From contig NC_091286.1 of NCBI RefSeq assembly GCF_032444005.1, forward strand, positions 660,300,001 to 660,364,000: DNA of 64,000 nucleotides, given 5' to 3'. Below are positions 1-13,250 of this stretch, piece after piece. This stretch comes from Ranitomeya imitator (lineage: Eukaryota). The position numbers and the translations under genes are program-made. Within the stretch, counting starts at the first letter, position 1. Each line of letters starts with the position of its first letter. The notes beneath the pieces were generated by a model that did not search any database, was not told the origin of the DNA, and saw only the letters and a list, made by a program, of their open reading frames with translations.

Positions 1-580
1 AAAACAAATCACAAAAACACAGCCATGTCGAGTTAGTGATTAAAGCCTAATGGACCTTGAGCACGAGTCCGAATAATCCATCTATCCTCCTTAATAATAA
101 TTTATTGAGGTCACCTCCATACTCAGGCATTTTAACAGTTTCAATGTAAGCGTTAAACGATCGTCGTCTGCATTTGCTCCACTGTTTTATCTGCCTGCTG
201 TTGGTATGATGATGCCACAATAAAGGATTTTGTTGCACGGGACGGTATGTGCCAATCCGATTTCTTTTCTATGCCTTATGATACAACGGCTGCGCACTAA
301 ACACCCTGGCGGGGCCCACCCAATCATCTGTAACTCTCATTACCGCCATCCTAGGCCGTCGTGAAATTCACAACCTTCAGAAAGAATCCAGAGAGTCGAT
401 GTAAACAATTTACAGCAAGCCGAGAAGTTGAGATTGATGAGAAACTGAAAACACAGAATATAGGAGAAAGTTGTGGAAGTTTTCATTGTATTTTTTATCT
501 GCACACTGGCCCCTATTAAAGCAGTGGAATTATAACGTTAAGAAAAAAAATGAATACACAATGGAAAACCTTTATTATTT

Positions 581-678
581 GCAGCACTGGGGCCCTGGGT
601 TCAAATCCCACCGAGGATAATATCTGCATGAAGTTTGTATGTTCTCCCCGTGTTTGCGCAGGTTTCCGCCAGGTGCCC
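581..678 (+). mobile_element. tRNA-derived SINE fragment (V-SINE-like)
   Basis: B-box-like GGTTCAAATCCC at 598-609 followed by the conserved core gtttgtatgttctccccgtgtttgcg..ggtttcc typical of fish/amphibian tRNA SINEs; truncated. Confidence 0.6.
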
Positions 679-936
679 ACCTTATTCAATGCTTAGTTAA
701 TGGAAAGGAGTGAAATTCATTCCAAATCTGCAACGAAATCTACACGTGAATTCTTTCTACGAACAATTTTGCAGCGGACATTTTCCAACGTGATTGTCAA
801 ACTCCTCCTCCTGATTAGCTCACCAGTCATAAAATCCCAATACTGGCTGGTATCACTTCCATTTTTGCTATTATATCTATGTCCTGGCGATGTGACAGTG
901 CCCGAGGTCAGGATCTTCCATGTCAGGGCTGTTAAT

Positions 937-1247
937 TAGTGATGAGCGAATATGCTCGTTACTCGAGATTTCTCGAGCATGCTTGGGGGTCCTCCGAGTA
1001 TTTTTTAGTGCTTAGAGATTTAGTTTTCATTGCTGCAGCAGAATGATTTACATCTGTTAGCCAGTTTGATTACATGTGGGGATTCTCTAGCAATCAGGCA
1101 ACCCCCACATGTACTTATGCTGGCTAACAGATGTAAATCATTCAGCTGCGGCGATGAAAACTAAATCTCCGAGCACTAAAAAATACTCGAAGGACACCCG
1201 AGCGTGCTCGAGAAATCTCAAGTACTGAGTATACTCGCTCATCACTA
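937..1247. mobile_element. Non-autonomous hAT MITE (foldback)
   Basis: TIR TAGTGATGAGCG...CGCTCATCACTA, near-palindromic body, perfect 8-bp TSD ctgttaat (929-936 and 1248-1255). Confidence 0.88.
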
Positions 1248-1520
1248 CTGTTAATATCTACCTCTGCTCTGCGACAATTGTAATAATTAAGCTCCATAAA
1301 CGGCAAATCAAAGGTCAAATGGGAATTGGATAATAATCAGCCACAGTTTCTGCAATGGTTGAATACAGGAATAGTCCCTTCATTCTCAATGTTCTTCTGC
1401 TATTCCAATATTCCAACACTTGACCAGAGTGTGAGACTGTTACAGGCTAACCGTAGTACGTACGCCACCCAGGACCCGTGCCTTTTCCATGACGATTAGG
1501 TCAATTCCTTACTGGCGATG

Positions 1521-2270
1521 AATCATAGAATGTTAGAGTTGGAAGGGACCTCCAGGGTCATCGTGTCCGACCCCCTGCTCAATGCAGGATTCACTAACCC
1601 ATCTCAGACATTTGTCTTTCCAGCTTCTGAAGACTTCCATTGGAGGAGAACTCACCACCTCTCATGGCAACCTGTTCCACTCATTGATCACCCTCAATGT
1701 CAAAAAGGTTTTTCTTATATCTAATCTATATCTTCTCCCTCTCAGTTTCATCCCATTGCTTCTCCTGTTTCCATGTGAAAATTAGAATAAGTATGATCCT
1801 TCTACAATGTGACAGCCCTTGAGATATTTGTAGACAGCTATTAAGTCTCCTCTTGGCCTTCTTTTTTGCAGGCTAAACTTTCCCAGATCCTTTATCCTTT
1901 CCTCATAGGACATAGTTTTCAGTCCCCTCACCATCCTGGTAGCTCTTCTCTGAATTTGCTCCAGTTTTTCAATATCTTTTTTAAAATGTGGTGCTCAGAG
2001 CTGCACACAGTATTCCAGAAGATGAGGCCTGACCAAGGGGGAGTAGATGGGGATAATTACTTAGTGATCTAGACTCTAGGCTTCTCTTCATACATTCTAG
2101 GACTGTTTGCTTTTTTGCTGCTGCATCACACTGTTGACTCATGTGTGGTCTGTGATGTATTGGTATACCCAAGTCTTTATCACACGAGCTGTTGCTTAGT
2201 TCTATTCCTCCCATTCTATAGATGTAATTTTCGTTTTTCTTGCCCAGATGTCGAATCTTGCATTTTGCAT
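1521..2270 (-). mobile_element. CR1 LINE 3' fragment (degraded RT C-terminus and 3' UTR)
   Basis: Minus-strand translation KCKIRHLGKKNENYIYRMGGIELSNSSCDKDLG...MSQQCDAAAKK matches the CR1 RT C-terminus; 3' end ttctatgatt motif at about 1521-1530. Confidence 0.85.
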
Positions 2271-2440
2271 GAGCAAGCATTCTCCGATAAGATGTTATCC
2301 GAGCATGCTCATGTACTAACTGTGCGACTTCATAATGCTTGAAAAATATGTTCGAGTCCCCGTAGATGTTCAACAGCCGCAACACATGAACACGGACATG
2401 TTTGGATAACACCTTATGCGAGCAAGTTCGCTCATCACTA
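2270..2440. mobile_element. Degraded hAT MITE abutting the CR1 fragment
   Basis: Right TIR ttcgctcatcacta (ends 2440), the same TIR family as 937-1247; left TIR decayed. Confidence 0.6.
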
Positions 2441-2617
2441 TTGCTTACCAAATGTTTGCTAATCCTTGTCGAAAGTAAGAGTCTTGTACAGTTTCTCACC
2501 AGTCAGTAGCTAAGGATATGGGGCCCTCTTTTTTCAAGGGCCCCATAGTGGCTGCGTGATCTCCCTATGTTATATAAGTCCTTGAATAATGGTGTCAGTC
2601 ATACTGCGCTATATTAA

Positions 2618-2876
2618 AGGGATCCTGTCATGTCCCCAAACATTATTACACTGCAGCCGTGCGGCCGCCGAACTGAAAGCCCGGCTCCTGGGAGGAAATG
2701 AACCTTATTCCTCCCTGCAGCCTCTGACTTTCAGTCATAGAGCTGCGGCCGGTGCTGCTTCAGTCTCCGCTCAGTACATAGCGGGAGGTATAACCGTGCA
2801 GCCGGCACTGACTGACAGCCTGCTCAGCAGTACATCAGTGCTGTCAGTGAATCCTATGCTGCCTTATGAAACCATT
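2618..2876. mobile_element. Kolobok/T2-type MITE fragment
   Basis: TTAA followed by AGGGATCCTGTCA terminus; no matching right end found. Confidence 0.4.
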
Positions 2877-3141
2877 TAGCCAGTAACTTAGTGCATTAAG
2901 AAAAACAATGACCAGTACCTGAGACCTCCTCACTGCTATCAGTGGCTCCAAGCATCGACATCAGCATATAGCTCACATGCTAACCACTCACTCGCATCAC
3001 TCATCATGGGGCGTTCCCATACTCATCGCAGCACCCACAGAAAGGATATAACAGAACATACTGGTGGGGTTTATAAGAGGGCAGTGGACCCACTTACATG
3101 CTGAGAACGGTCATATGTACTCATTGGTACCCACTAGCGCA

Positions 3142-3563
3142 TTTGGAATGTGTCAGCAGGTTATGCTGCAATCTGAAAGCAGCATAATGTAGGGGCAAAA
3201 ACCCTGATTGCAGGAATGTGTCTCTTCCTGGACTGCTTGGTGCAGTTTTGATACAATCTGTGCTTTCTCTGCCACATATGTAGCAGTGCTCAGAACACTG
3301 ATCTGTGTGTAATCAAGCCCACACCACTGATTGGCAACTTCCTGTGTACACTGTCAGCAAATAGCCAATCAGTGATGGAGGCGGGTTAGACAGATTAGCT
3401 GGACTAGTTTTCACATGGCACCTAGTCAGTATAAATCTCCTGCTGAAGGTTTTGAAACTACAGAACACAGCTTAATAAGTGACACATCCCTGGAATCAGG
3501 CTCTATGCCCGTACATTATGCTGCTCTCAGATTAAATAGCAAAAATCTGTTGACAGATTCCCT
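3142..3563. mobile_element. Kolobok/T2-type MITE
   Basis: Right end gacagattccct|TTAA; palindromic arms; similar to copies at 21639-22082 and 56370-56742. Confidence 0.65.
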
Positions 3564-4050
3564 TTAAGAAAAGCCAGATGCACAAAAAGCTAAATCTTTC
3601 CATTGGAAACATGTTCTCATATATGTATCTCATCATGTATCCATGAAGCTCCCTATATAAAGACTGTAATCCACCAGCAGCGATCACTGGTCTTCTGTCA
3701 ATGTCTGTGATGCCAATTACTGGTTCATCCTCATTTAAGGCTGTTGGTGACTCAGAATTGTTATGTAACAAGGTAAAGTGTGCGGATGGAGGAGAATCAG
3801 AAGAGCAGAGACAATACTGTGACAAGTGAGAACATGGTAACCTTGCTCTGCCACCTTTTCCAGATACAACCACCTCCTCCCACACCTTGGCAAGGATTAT
3901 ATAGCAAAACATTAATACATGCGGATTTCCATCTCAGAGTCCTGAATGTTATGTGCTCTATTTCACATCATCGTATAGTTTGTATACATATGTGATCTGT
4001 ATAAAACATTAACACATTTCTTGTGGCGTAAAATATGTATACTCTGTCAC

Positions 4051-7000
4051 GAGTTACATCTGTATTATACCCCAGAGCTGCACTCACTATTCTGCGGTGC
4101 AGTCACTGTGCACATACATTACATTACTGATCCTGAGTTACATCCTGTATTACACCCCAGAGCTGCACTCACTATTCTGCTGGTGCAGTCACTTTGTACA
4201 TACATTACATTACTGATCCTGAGTTACATCCTGTATTATACTCCAGAGCTGCACTCACTATTCTGCTGGTGCAGTCACTGTGTACATACATTACATTACT
4301 GATACTGAGTTACATCCTGTATTACACCCCAGAGCTGCACTCACTATTCTGCTGGTGCAGTCACTGTGTACATACATTACATTACTGATCCTGAGTTACA
4401 TCCTGTATTATACCCCAGAGCTGCACTCACTATTCTGCTGGTGCAGTCACTGTGTACATACATTACATTACTGATCCTGAGTTACATCCTGTATTATACC
4501 CCACAGCTGCACTCACTATTCTGCTGGTGCAGTCACTGTGTACATACATTACATTACTGATCCTGAGTTACATCCTGTATTATACCCCAGAGCTGCACTC
4601 ACTATTTTGTTGGTGCAGTCACTGTGTACATACATTACATTACTGATCCTGAGTTACATCCTGTATTATACCCCAGAGCTGCACTCACTATTCTGCTGGT
4701 GCAGTCACTGTGTGCATACATTACATTACTGATCCTGAGTTACATCCTGTATTATACCCCAGAGCTGCACTCACTATTCTGCTGGTGCAGTCACTGTGTA
4801 CATACATTACATTACTGATGCGGAGTTACATCCTGTATTATACCCCACAGCTGCACTCACTATTCTGCTGGTGCAGTCACTGTGTACATACATTACATTA
4901 CTGATCCTGAGTTACATCCTGTATTATACTCCAGAGCTGCACTCACTATTCTGCTGGTGCAGTCACTGTGTACATACATTACATTACTGATCCTGAGTTA
5001 CATCCTGTATTATACTCCAGAGCTGCACTCACTATTCTGCTGGTGCAGTCACTGTGTACATACATTACATTACTGATCCTGAGTTACATCCTGTATTATA
5101 CCCCAGAGCTGCACTCACTATTCTGCTGGTGCAGTCACTGTGTACATACATTACATTACTGATCCTAAGTTACATCCTGCATTATACCCCAGAGCTGCAC
5201 TCACTATTCTGCTGGTGCAGTCACTGTGTACATACATTACATTACTGATCATGAGTTACATCCTGTATTATACTCCAGAGCTGCACTCACTATTCTGCTG
5301 GTGCAGTCACTGTGTACATACATTACATTACTGATCCTGAGTTACATCCTGTATTATACTCCAGAGCTGCACTCACTATTCTGCTGGTGCAGTCACTGTG
5401 TACATACATTACATTACTGATCCTGAGTTACATCCTGTATTATACTCCAGAGCTGCACTCACTATTCTGCTGGTGCAGTCACTGTGTACATATATTACAT
5501 TACTGATCCTGAGTTACATCCTGTATTATACCTCAGAGCTGCACTCACTATTCTGCTGGTGCAGTCACTGTGTACATACATTACATTACTGATCCTGAGT
5601 TACATCCTGTATTATACCCCAGAGCTGCACTCACTATTCTGCTGGTGCAGTCACTGTGTACATACATTACATTACTGATCCTGAGTTACATCCTGTATTA
5701 TACCCCACAGCTGCACTCACTATTCTGCTGGTGCAGTCACTGTGTACATACATTACATTACTGATCCTGAGTTACATCCTGTATTATACCCCAGAGCTGC
5801 ACTCACTATTTTGTTGGTGCAGTCACTGTGTACATACATTACATTACTGATCCTGAGTTACATCCTGTATTATACCCCAGAGCTGCACTCACTATTCTGC
5901 TGGTGCAGTCACTGTGTGCATACATTACATTACTGATCCTGAGTTACATCCTGTATTATACCCCAGAGCTGCACTCACTATTCTGCTGGTGCAGTCACTG
6001 TGTACATACATTACATTACTGATGCGGAGTTACATCCTGTATTATACCCCACAGCTGCACTCACTATTCTGCTGGTGCAGTCACTGTGTACATACATTAC
6101 ATTACTGATCCTGAGTTACATCCTGTATTATACTCCAGAGCTGCACTCACTATTCTGCTGGTGCAGTCACTGTGTACATACATTACATTACTGATCCTGA
6201 GTTACATCCTGTATTATACTCCAGAGCTGCACTCACTATTCTGCTGGTGCAGTCACTGTGTACATACATTACATTACTGATCCTGAGTTACATCCTGTAT
6301 TATACCCCAGAGCTGCACTCACTATTCTGCTGGTGCAGTCACTGTGTACATACATTACATTACTGATCCTAAGTTACATCCTGTATTATACCCCAGAGCT
6401 GCACTCACTATTCTGCTGGTGCAGTCACTGTGTACATACATTACATTACTGATCATGAGTTACATCCTGTATTATACTCCAGAGCTGCACTCACTATTCT
6501 GCTGGTGCAGTCACTGTGTACATACATTACATTACTGATCCTGAGTTACATCCTGTATTATACTCCAGAGCTGCACTCACTATTCTGCTGGTGCAGTCAC
6601 TGTGTACATACATTACATTACTGATCCTGAGTTACATCCTGTATTATACTCCAGAGCTGCACTCACTATTCTGCTGGTGCAGTCACTGTGTACATACATT
6701 ACATTACTGATCCTGAGTTACATCCTGTATTATACCCCAGAGCTGCACTCACTATTCTGCTGGTGCAGTCACTGTGTACATACATTACATTACTGATCCT
6801 GAGTTACATCCTGTATTATACTCCAGAGCTGCACTCACTATTCTGCTGGTGCAGTCACTGTGTACATACATTACATTACTGATCCTGAGTTACATCCTGT
6901 ATTATACTCCAGAGCTGCACTCACTATTCTGCTGGTGCAGTCACTGTGTACATACATTACATTACTGATCCTGAGTTACATCCTGTATTATACCCCAGAG

Positions 7001-7238
7001 CTGCACTCACTATTCTGCTGGTGCAGTCACTGTGTACATACATTACATTACTGATCCTGAGTTACATCCTGTATTATACTCCAGAGCTGCACTCACTATT
7101 CTGCTGGTGCAGTCACTGTGTACATACATTACATTACTGATCCTGAGTTACATCCTGTATTATACCCCAGAGCTGCACTCACTATTCTGCTGGTGCAGTC
7201 ACTGTGTACATACATTACATTACTGATCCTGAGTTACA
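4051..7238. repeat. 86-bp tandem satellite, about 37 monomers
   Basis: Unit ctgatcctgagttacatcctgtattataccccagagctgcactcactattctgctggtgcagtcactgtgtacatacattacatta; ORF-track starts recur every 86 bp. Confidence 0.98.
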
Positions 7239-7241
7239 GGT

Positions 7242-7437
7242 GACCATGTGATATTTCAGCTTTTCTATTTTAATAAATTTGCAAAAATGTCTACATTTCT
7301 GTTTTTTTTCAGTCAAGATGGGGAGCAGAGTGCACATTAATGAGAAAAAAATGAACTTTTTTTGAATTTACCAAATGGCTGCAATGAAACAAAGAGTGAA
7401 AAATGTAAAGGGATCTGAATACTTTCCGTACCCACTG
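7242..7437 (+). mobile_element. Tc1 right-end fragment
   Basis: Ends ctgaatactttccgtacccactg|TA; closely similar to the 3' end of the Tc1 at about 46884-47082. Confidence 0.8.
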
Positions 7438-8277
7438 TATATTACATTATATTTCACACATTTGCAGGATCCTGGTCCAACAGTCACGTTGGTGGTCCAT
7501 GGCCAACAAGCAGGAGCCCTGAAAGCCTCTTTCTATCTGCCTGCATCCAAAGTGGCTCCTCTGATTATCTATAAGGCCTGTTTTACAGGTATTTACATTC
7601 TAAAACATTCAGTTATTCTTATTTTTTTTAAAGAAATTTGCAAAATGAAAGCTGCAACCTGATTAATTTTATAATAATGGTAGCTCTGTATTTCATAAAT
7701 GTTTTATATCTGCGGGCATAAAGCTACCACCAGGGGGAGCTGACAACATATAGATTTATAGAACTGGTATTGAATTCAGCGCCATAAATCTATGTGCAGA
7801 GAGCTCCCTCTAGTAGCAACTGCAAAACCATTATAATAGCTTGTTATAGGAGAGAAGACATTGGTACAGCAGCGAGTTCCAGATGAGACAAAGTAAGCAG
7901 TTCTTGAAGAACAGTAACAGGAGGTGTAATCGGGAACCATGGAGTCCGACGAATCAAGGTGGAGAATAACAGCAACAGTTATAAAAGCGTTGTAATCCAC
8001 AAGGTAATAGAGGACACTCGGCGATGACGAGCAGTGGAGAAGAGCAGGGTGGCCTCAGCGATTTTATAGTGAAGGAAATAAGTATTTAATCTCTTGCTGA
8101 TTTTGTAAGTTTGCCAAAGGCATGAACAGTCTATAATTTTAAGGATAGGTTAATTTTAACATTGAGAATATAAAAAAATAAAACCCAGAAAATCACATTG
8201 TATAAATTATATAAATTTATTAGCATTTTGCAGTGAGAAATAAGTATTTGATCCCCTACCAACCATTTGGAGTTCTG

Positions 8278-9069
8278 TGTTATAGACCTGGTGGTTAGGA
8301 GCACCAGGAAAGACCTGATGGTTAAACTCACAGGACATGCTCTGGGAAGTGGGAACTCTGCTGACCGCAATCCCTAATCCTATCACACACACTAGAAATA
8401 GCCGTGGAGCGTACCTAACAGGCCTAGACGCCTCGACACAGCCTAAGGGCTAGCTACCCCTAGAGATAGAAAGTAAAGCCTACCTTGCCTCAGAGAAATT
8501 CCCCAAAGGAAAAGGCAGCCCCCCACAAATATTGACTGTGAGATAAGATGAAAGTCACAAACACAGGAATAAAAGAGGTTTCAGCAAAGGGAGGCCAGAC
8601 TACCTAAACAGACAGAGGATAGAAAAGGTAACTTTGCAGTCAGCACAAAAAACTACAAAAGACCACGCAGAGTGTGCAAAAAGACCCCCGCACCGATTCA
8701 CGGTGCGGAGGTGCCTCTCTGCCTCCCAGAGCTTCCAGCTAGCCAGACAGAATCATATTAGCAAGCTGGACAAGAAAACAAGAACAACAAAATAAACCAG
8801 CAGGGACTTAGCTTCTGCTGGAGTAGAGAGTTCACCAGAAAGATCCAAGAGCGAACTGAACCAGTACTGGAACATTGACAGGTGGCATGGAGTAACGATC
8901 TGGGTGGAGTTAAATAGAGCAGCCAGCCTAAGAATTAACCAGGTCACCTGTGGAAGGAACCTCAGAACCAGCAGTTCTACTCACAGCCACCAGAGGGAGT
9001 CCATGGACAGAACTCGCCGAAGTAACATTCATGACCACAGGAGGGAGTTCCAAAACAGAATTCACAACA
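8278..9069 (-). repeat. 3' LTR of the Gypsy element
   Basis: Direct repeat of 13251-14038 (about 10 substitutions and 2 small indels by eye); preceded on the minus strand by the PPT aaggggggg. Confidence 0.95.
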
Positions 9070-12000
9070 GTACCCCCCCTTGAGGAGGGGTCACCGAACC
9101 CTCACCAGAACCCCCAGGCCGATCAGGACGAGCCAAATGAAAGGCACAAACCAGATCAGCAGCATGAACATCAGAGGCAACAACCCAGGAATTATCTTCC
9201 TGACCATAACCCTTCCACTTGACCAGGTACTGGAGTTTCCGTCTTGAAATACGAGAATCTAAAATCTTCTCCACCACATACTCCAACTCCCCCTCGACCA
9301 ACACCGGGGCAGGAGGGTCAGCGGAGGGAACCATAGGCGCCACGTATCTCCGCAAGAACGACCTATGGAACACATTATGGATGGCAAAAGAAGCAGGAAG
9401 GGCCAAACGAAATGATACAGGATTAAGAACTTCAGAAATCTTATAAGGACCAATGAAACGAGGCTTAAACTTAGGAGAGGAAACCTTCATAGGAACATAA
9501 CGAGACGACAACCAAACCAAATCCCCAACACGAAGTCGGGGACCAACACAGCGACGGCGGTTAGCGAAACGTTGAGCCTTCTCCTGGGACAATGTCAAAT
9601 TGTCCACTACGTGAGTCCAAATTTGCTGCAACCTGTCCACCACAGAATCCACACCAGGACAGTCCGAAGGCTCAACCTGCCCTGAAGAAAAACGAGGATG
9701 GAAACCAGAATTACAGAAAAAAGGCGAAACCAAAGTAGCCTAGCTGGCCCGATTATTAAGGGCGAACTCAGCCAAAGGCAAGAAAGACACCCAATCATCC
9801 TGATCAACAGAAACAAAGCATCTCAGATATGTTTCCAAAGTCTGATTGGTTCGTTCGGTTTGGCCATTTGTCTGAGGATGGAAAGCCGAAGAAAAAGACA
9901 AATCAATGCCCATCTTAGCACAAAAGGACCGCCAAAACCTCGAAACAACCTGGGAACCTCTGTCCGAGACGATGTTCTCCGGAATGCCATGCAAACGAAC
10001 CACATGCTGGAAAAACAATGGCACCAAATCAGAGGAGGAAGGCAATTTAGACAAGGGTACCAAATGGACCATCTTAGAGAAGCGATCACAAACCACCCAG
10101 ATGACCGACATCCTTTGAGAGATAGGGAGGTCTGAAATAAAATCCATGGAAATATGCGTCCAGGGCCTCTTCGGGACCGGCAAGGGCAAAAGCAACCCAC
10201 TGGCACGAGAACAGCAGGGCTTAGCCCGAGCACAAGTCCCACAGGACTGTACAAAAGAACGCACATCCCGTGACATGGAAGGCCACCAAAAGGATCTAGC
10301 CACCAAATCTCTGGTACCAAAGATCCCGAGATGACCAGCCAACACCGAACAATGAACTTCAGAGATAACTCTACTAGTCCATCTATCAGGGACAAACAGC
10401 TTCTCCGCTGGACAATGGTCAGGTCTATCAGCCTGAAACTTCTGCAGCACCCGCCGCAAATCAGGGGAGATGGCAGACAAAATTACCCCCTCCTTGAGAA
10501 TACCATCCGGCTCAGGAACATCCGGAGAGTCAGGCACAAAACTCCTTGAAAGGGCATCAGCCTTCACATTCTTAGAGCCCGGAAGGTAAGAAACCACAAA
10601 ATCGAAACAGGAGAAAAACAGCGACCATCGAGCCTGTCTAGGATTCAACCGTTTGGCAGACTCGAGATAAGTTAAATTCTTGTGATCCGTCAAGACCACC
10701 ACGCGATGCTTGGCTCCTTCAAGCCAATGTCGCCACTCCTCGAATGCCCACTTCATAGCCAACAACTCTCGATTGCCAACATCATAATTACGCTCGGCAG
10801 GCGAAAACTTTCTAGAAAGAAAGCACATGGTTTCATCACCGAGCCATCAGAACTTCTCTGAGACAAAACAGCCCCTGCTCCAATCTCAGAAGCATCAACC
10901 TCGACCTGAAACGGGAGCGAAACATCTGGCTGGCACAGCACAGGGGCAGAAGAAAAACGACGCTTCAATTCCTGAAAAGCCTCAACGGCCGCAGAAGACC
11001 AATTGACCACATCAGCACCTTTCTTGGTCAAATCAGTCAACGGTATAACAACACTAGAAAAATTAGCGATGAAGCGACGGTAAAAATTAGCAAAACCCAG
11101 GAACTTCTGCAGGCTCTTCACAGATGTCGGCTGAGTCCAATCATAAATGGCCTGAACTTTAACAGGGTCCATCTCGACAGTAGAAGGGGAAAAAATGAAG
11201 CCCAAAAATGAAACCTTCTGAACTCCAAAGAGACATTTAGAACCCTTCACAAACAAGGAATTAGCACGAAGGACCTGCAACACCATTCTGACCTGCTTCA
11301 CATGAGACTCCCAATCATCCGAAAAGACCAAAATATCATCCAAATATACAATCATGAATCTATCCAGATACTCTCTGAAGATGTCATGCATAAAGGACTG
11401 AAACAGATGGAGCATTAGAAAGCCCGAATGGCATCACCAGGTACTCAAAATGGCCCTCGGGCGTATTAAATGCTGTTTTCCATTCATCGCCCCGTTTAAT
11501 ACGCACAAGATTATATGCCCCTCGAAGATCTATCTTGGTGAACCAACTAGCCCCCTTAATCCGAGCAAACAAATCAGACAGTAGCGGTAAAGGGTACTGA
11601 AATTTGACCGTGATCTTATTAAGAAGGCGGTAATCGATACAAGGTCTCAAAGAACCATCCTTCTTGGCCACAAAAAAGAAGCCTGCTCCCAACGGTGACG
11701 ACGACGGGCGAATATGCCCTTTCTCCAAGGACTCCTTCATATAACTCCGCATAGCGGTGTGTTCTGGCACAGATAAATTGAACAGTCGGCCCTTAGGAAA
11801 CTTACTACCAGGAATCAAATTAATGGCACAATCACAATCCCTATGAGGAGGTAGGGCACCGGCCTTGGGCTTATCAAATACATCCCGGTAATCCGACAAA
11901 AACTCAGGAACTTCTGAACGAGTGGAAGACGAAATTGACAGCAATGGAACATCACCATGTACCCCTTGACAACCCCAGCTGGACACAGACATAGATTTCC

Positions 12001-13234
12001 AATCCAATACTGGATTATGTACCTGTAGCCATGGCAACCCCAAAACGACCACATCATGCAGATTATGTAACACCAAAAAGCGAATATCCTCCTGATGTGC
12101 AGGAGCCATGCACATGGTCAATTGAGTCCAGTACTGAGGCTTATTCTTGGCCAAAGGCGTAGCATCAATTCCTCTCAATGGAATAGCACACTGCAAGGGC
12201 TCCAAGAAAAAACCACAGCGCCTAGCAAACTCCAAGTCCATCAAATTCAGGGCAGCCCCCGAATCCACAAACGCCATAACAGAATAGGACGACAAAGAGC
12301 AAATCAGAGTAAAGGACAAAAGAAATTTAGACTGTACCGTACCAATGGTGGCAGACCTAGCGAACCGCTTAGTGCGCTTAGGACAATCAGAGATAGCATG
12401 AGTGGAGTCACCACAGTAAAAACACAGCCCATTCTGACGTCTGTTTTCTTGCCGTTCAGCTCTGGTCAAAGTCCTATCACACTGCATAGGCTCAGAGAAT
12501 ACCGCCAAATGGTGCACAGCTTTGCGCTCACGCAAGCGCTGATCGATCTGAATGGCCAAGGACATAGACTCATTCAGACCAGCAGGCGTGGGAAATCCCA
12601 CCATGACATCCTTAAGGGCTTCAGAAAGACCTTTTCTGAAAATTGCCGCCAGGGCACACTCATTCCACTGAGTAAGCACAGACCACTTTCTAAACTTCTG
12701 ACAATACACCTCCGCTTCATCCTGACCCTGACACAAAGCCAGCAAGTTTTTCTCTGTCTGAGCCACTAATTTTGGTTCATCATAAAGCAATCCAAGCGCC
12801 AGAAAAAACGCATCTACATCACGCAATGCAGGATCTCCTGGCGCAAGGGAAAATGCCCAGTCTTGAGGGTCGCCACGCAACAAAGAAATAATGATTTTTA
12901 CTTGTTGAACTGGGTCACCAGAGGAGCGGGGTTTCAAAGCAAGAAACAATTTACAATTATATTTGAAATTCAGAAACTTAGATCTATCCCCAGAAAACAA
13001 GTCAGGAATTGGAATTCTAGGCTCTAACATTGGATTCCGAACTACAAAATCTTGAATGCTTTGTACCCTTGCCGTGAGATGATCCGCACAAGAGGACAGA
13101 CCTTGAATGTCCATATCTACACCTATGTCCTGAACCACCCAGAGGTAAAGGGGAAAAGAAAGACAAAACACACTGCAGAGAAAAAAAAATGGTCTCAGAA
13201 CTTCTCTTATCCCTCTATTGAGATGCATTAACAC
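9062..13234 (-). pseudogene. Gypsy gag-pol polyprotein pseudogene
   Basis: Gag CX2CX4HX4C ([14 protein letters not shown]), protease VDSGA, RT YLDD, RNase H, integrase HHCC and D,D,E region, chromodomain EYVVEKILDSR...YLVKWKGY. Broken by frameshifts near 11405 and 10822 and an in-frame TAG at 9740-9742. Confidence 0.95.
9070..9082 (-). other. Polypurine tract of the Gypsy element
   Basis: Minus strand aagggggggtac immediately before the 3' LTR start TGTTGTG. Confidence 0.85.
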
Positions 13235-13239
13235 TTTGG

Positions 13240-13248
13240 GCCACCTGT
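13240..13248 (-). other. Primer-binding site, self-priming type
   Basis: Minus strand ACAGGTGGC, 2 nt after the 5' LTR, perfectly complementary to LTR sequence GCCACCTGT (13859-13851) located 30 nt after a TATA-like box. Confidence 0.7.
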
Positions 13249-13250
13249 AC

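Noticed and set aside
175-410. Possible two-exon fragment (YDDATIKDFVARD|G RREIHNLQKESRESM) with a GT-AG 115-nt intron
   Set aside because: The upstream segment has an in-frame stop at 154 and no credible acceptor, and no protein family was recognised.
4021-7226. Dozens of near-identical 64-aa ORFs (MYIHYITDPEL...)
   Set aside because: They are translations of the 86-bp satellite in shifting frames, not a gene family.
4051-7238. Regularly spaced repeats suggesting a CRISPR array
   Set aside because: There are no unique spacers; the monomers are contiguous satellite units in eukaryotic DNA with no cas genes.
9698-12769. Plus-strand ORFs antisense to Gypsy pol (up to 224 aa)
   Set aside because: They are shadow ORFs of the coding strand with no independent features.
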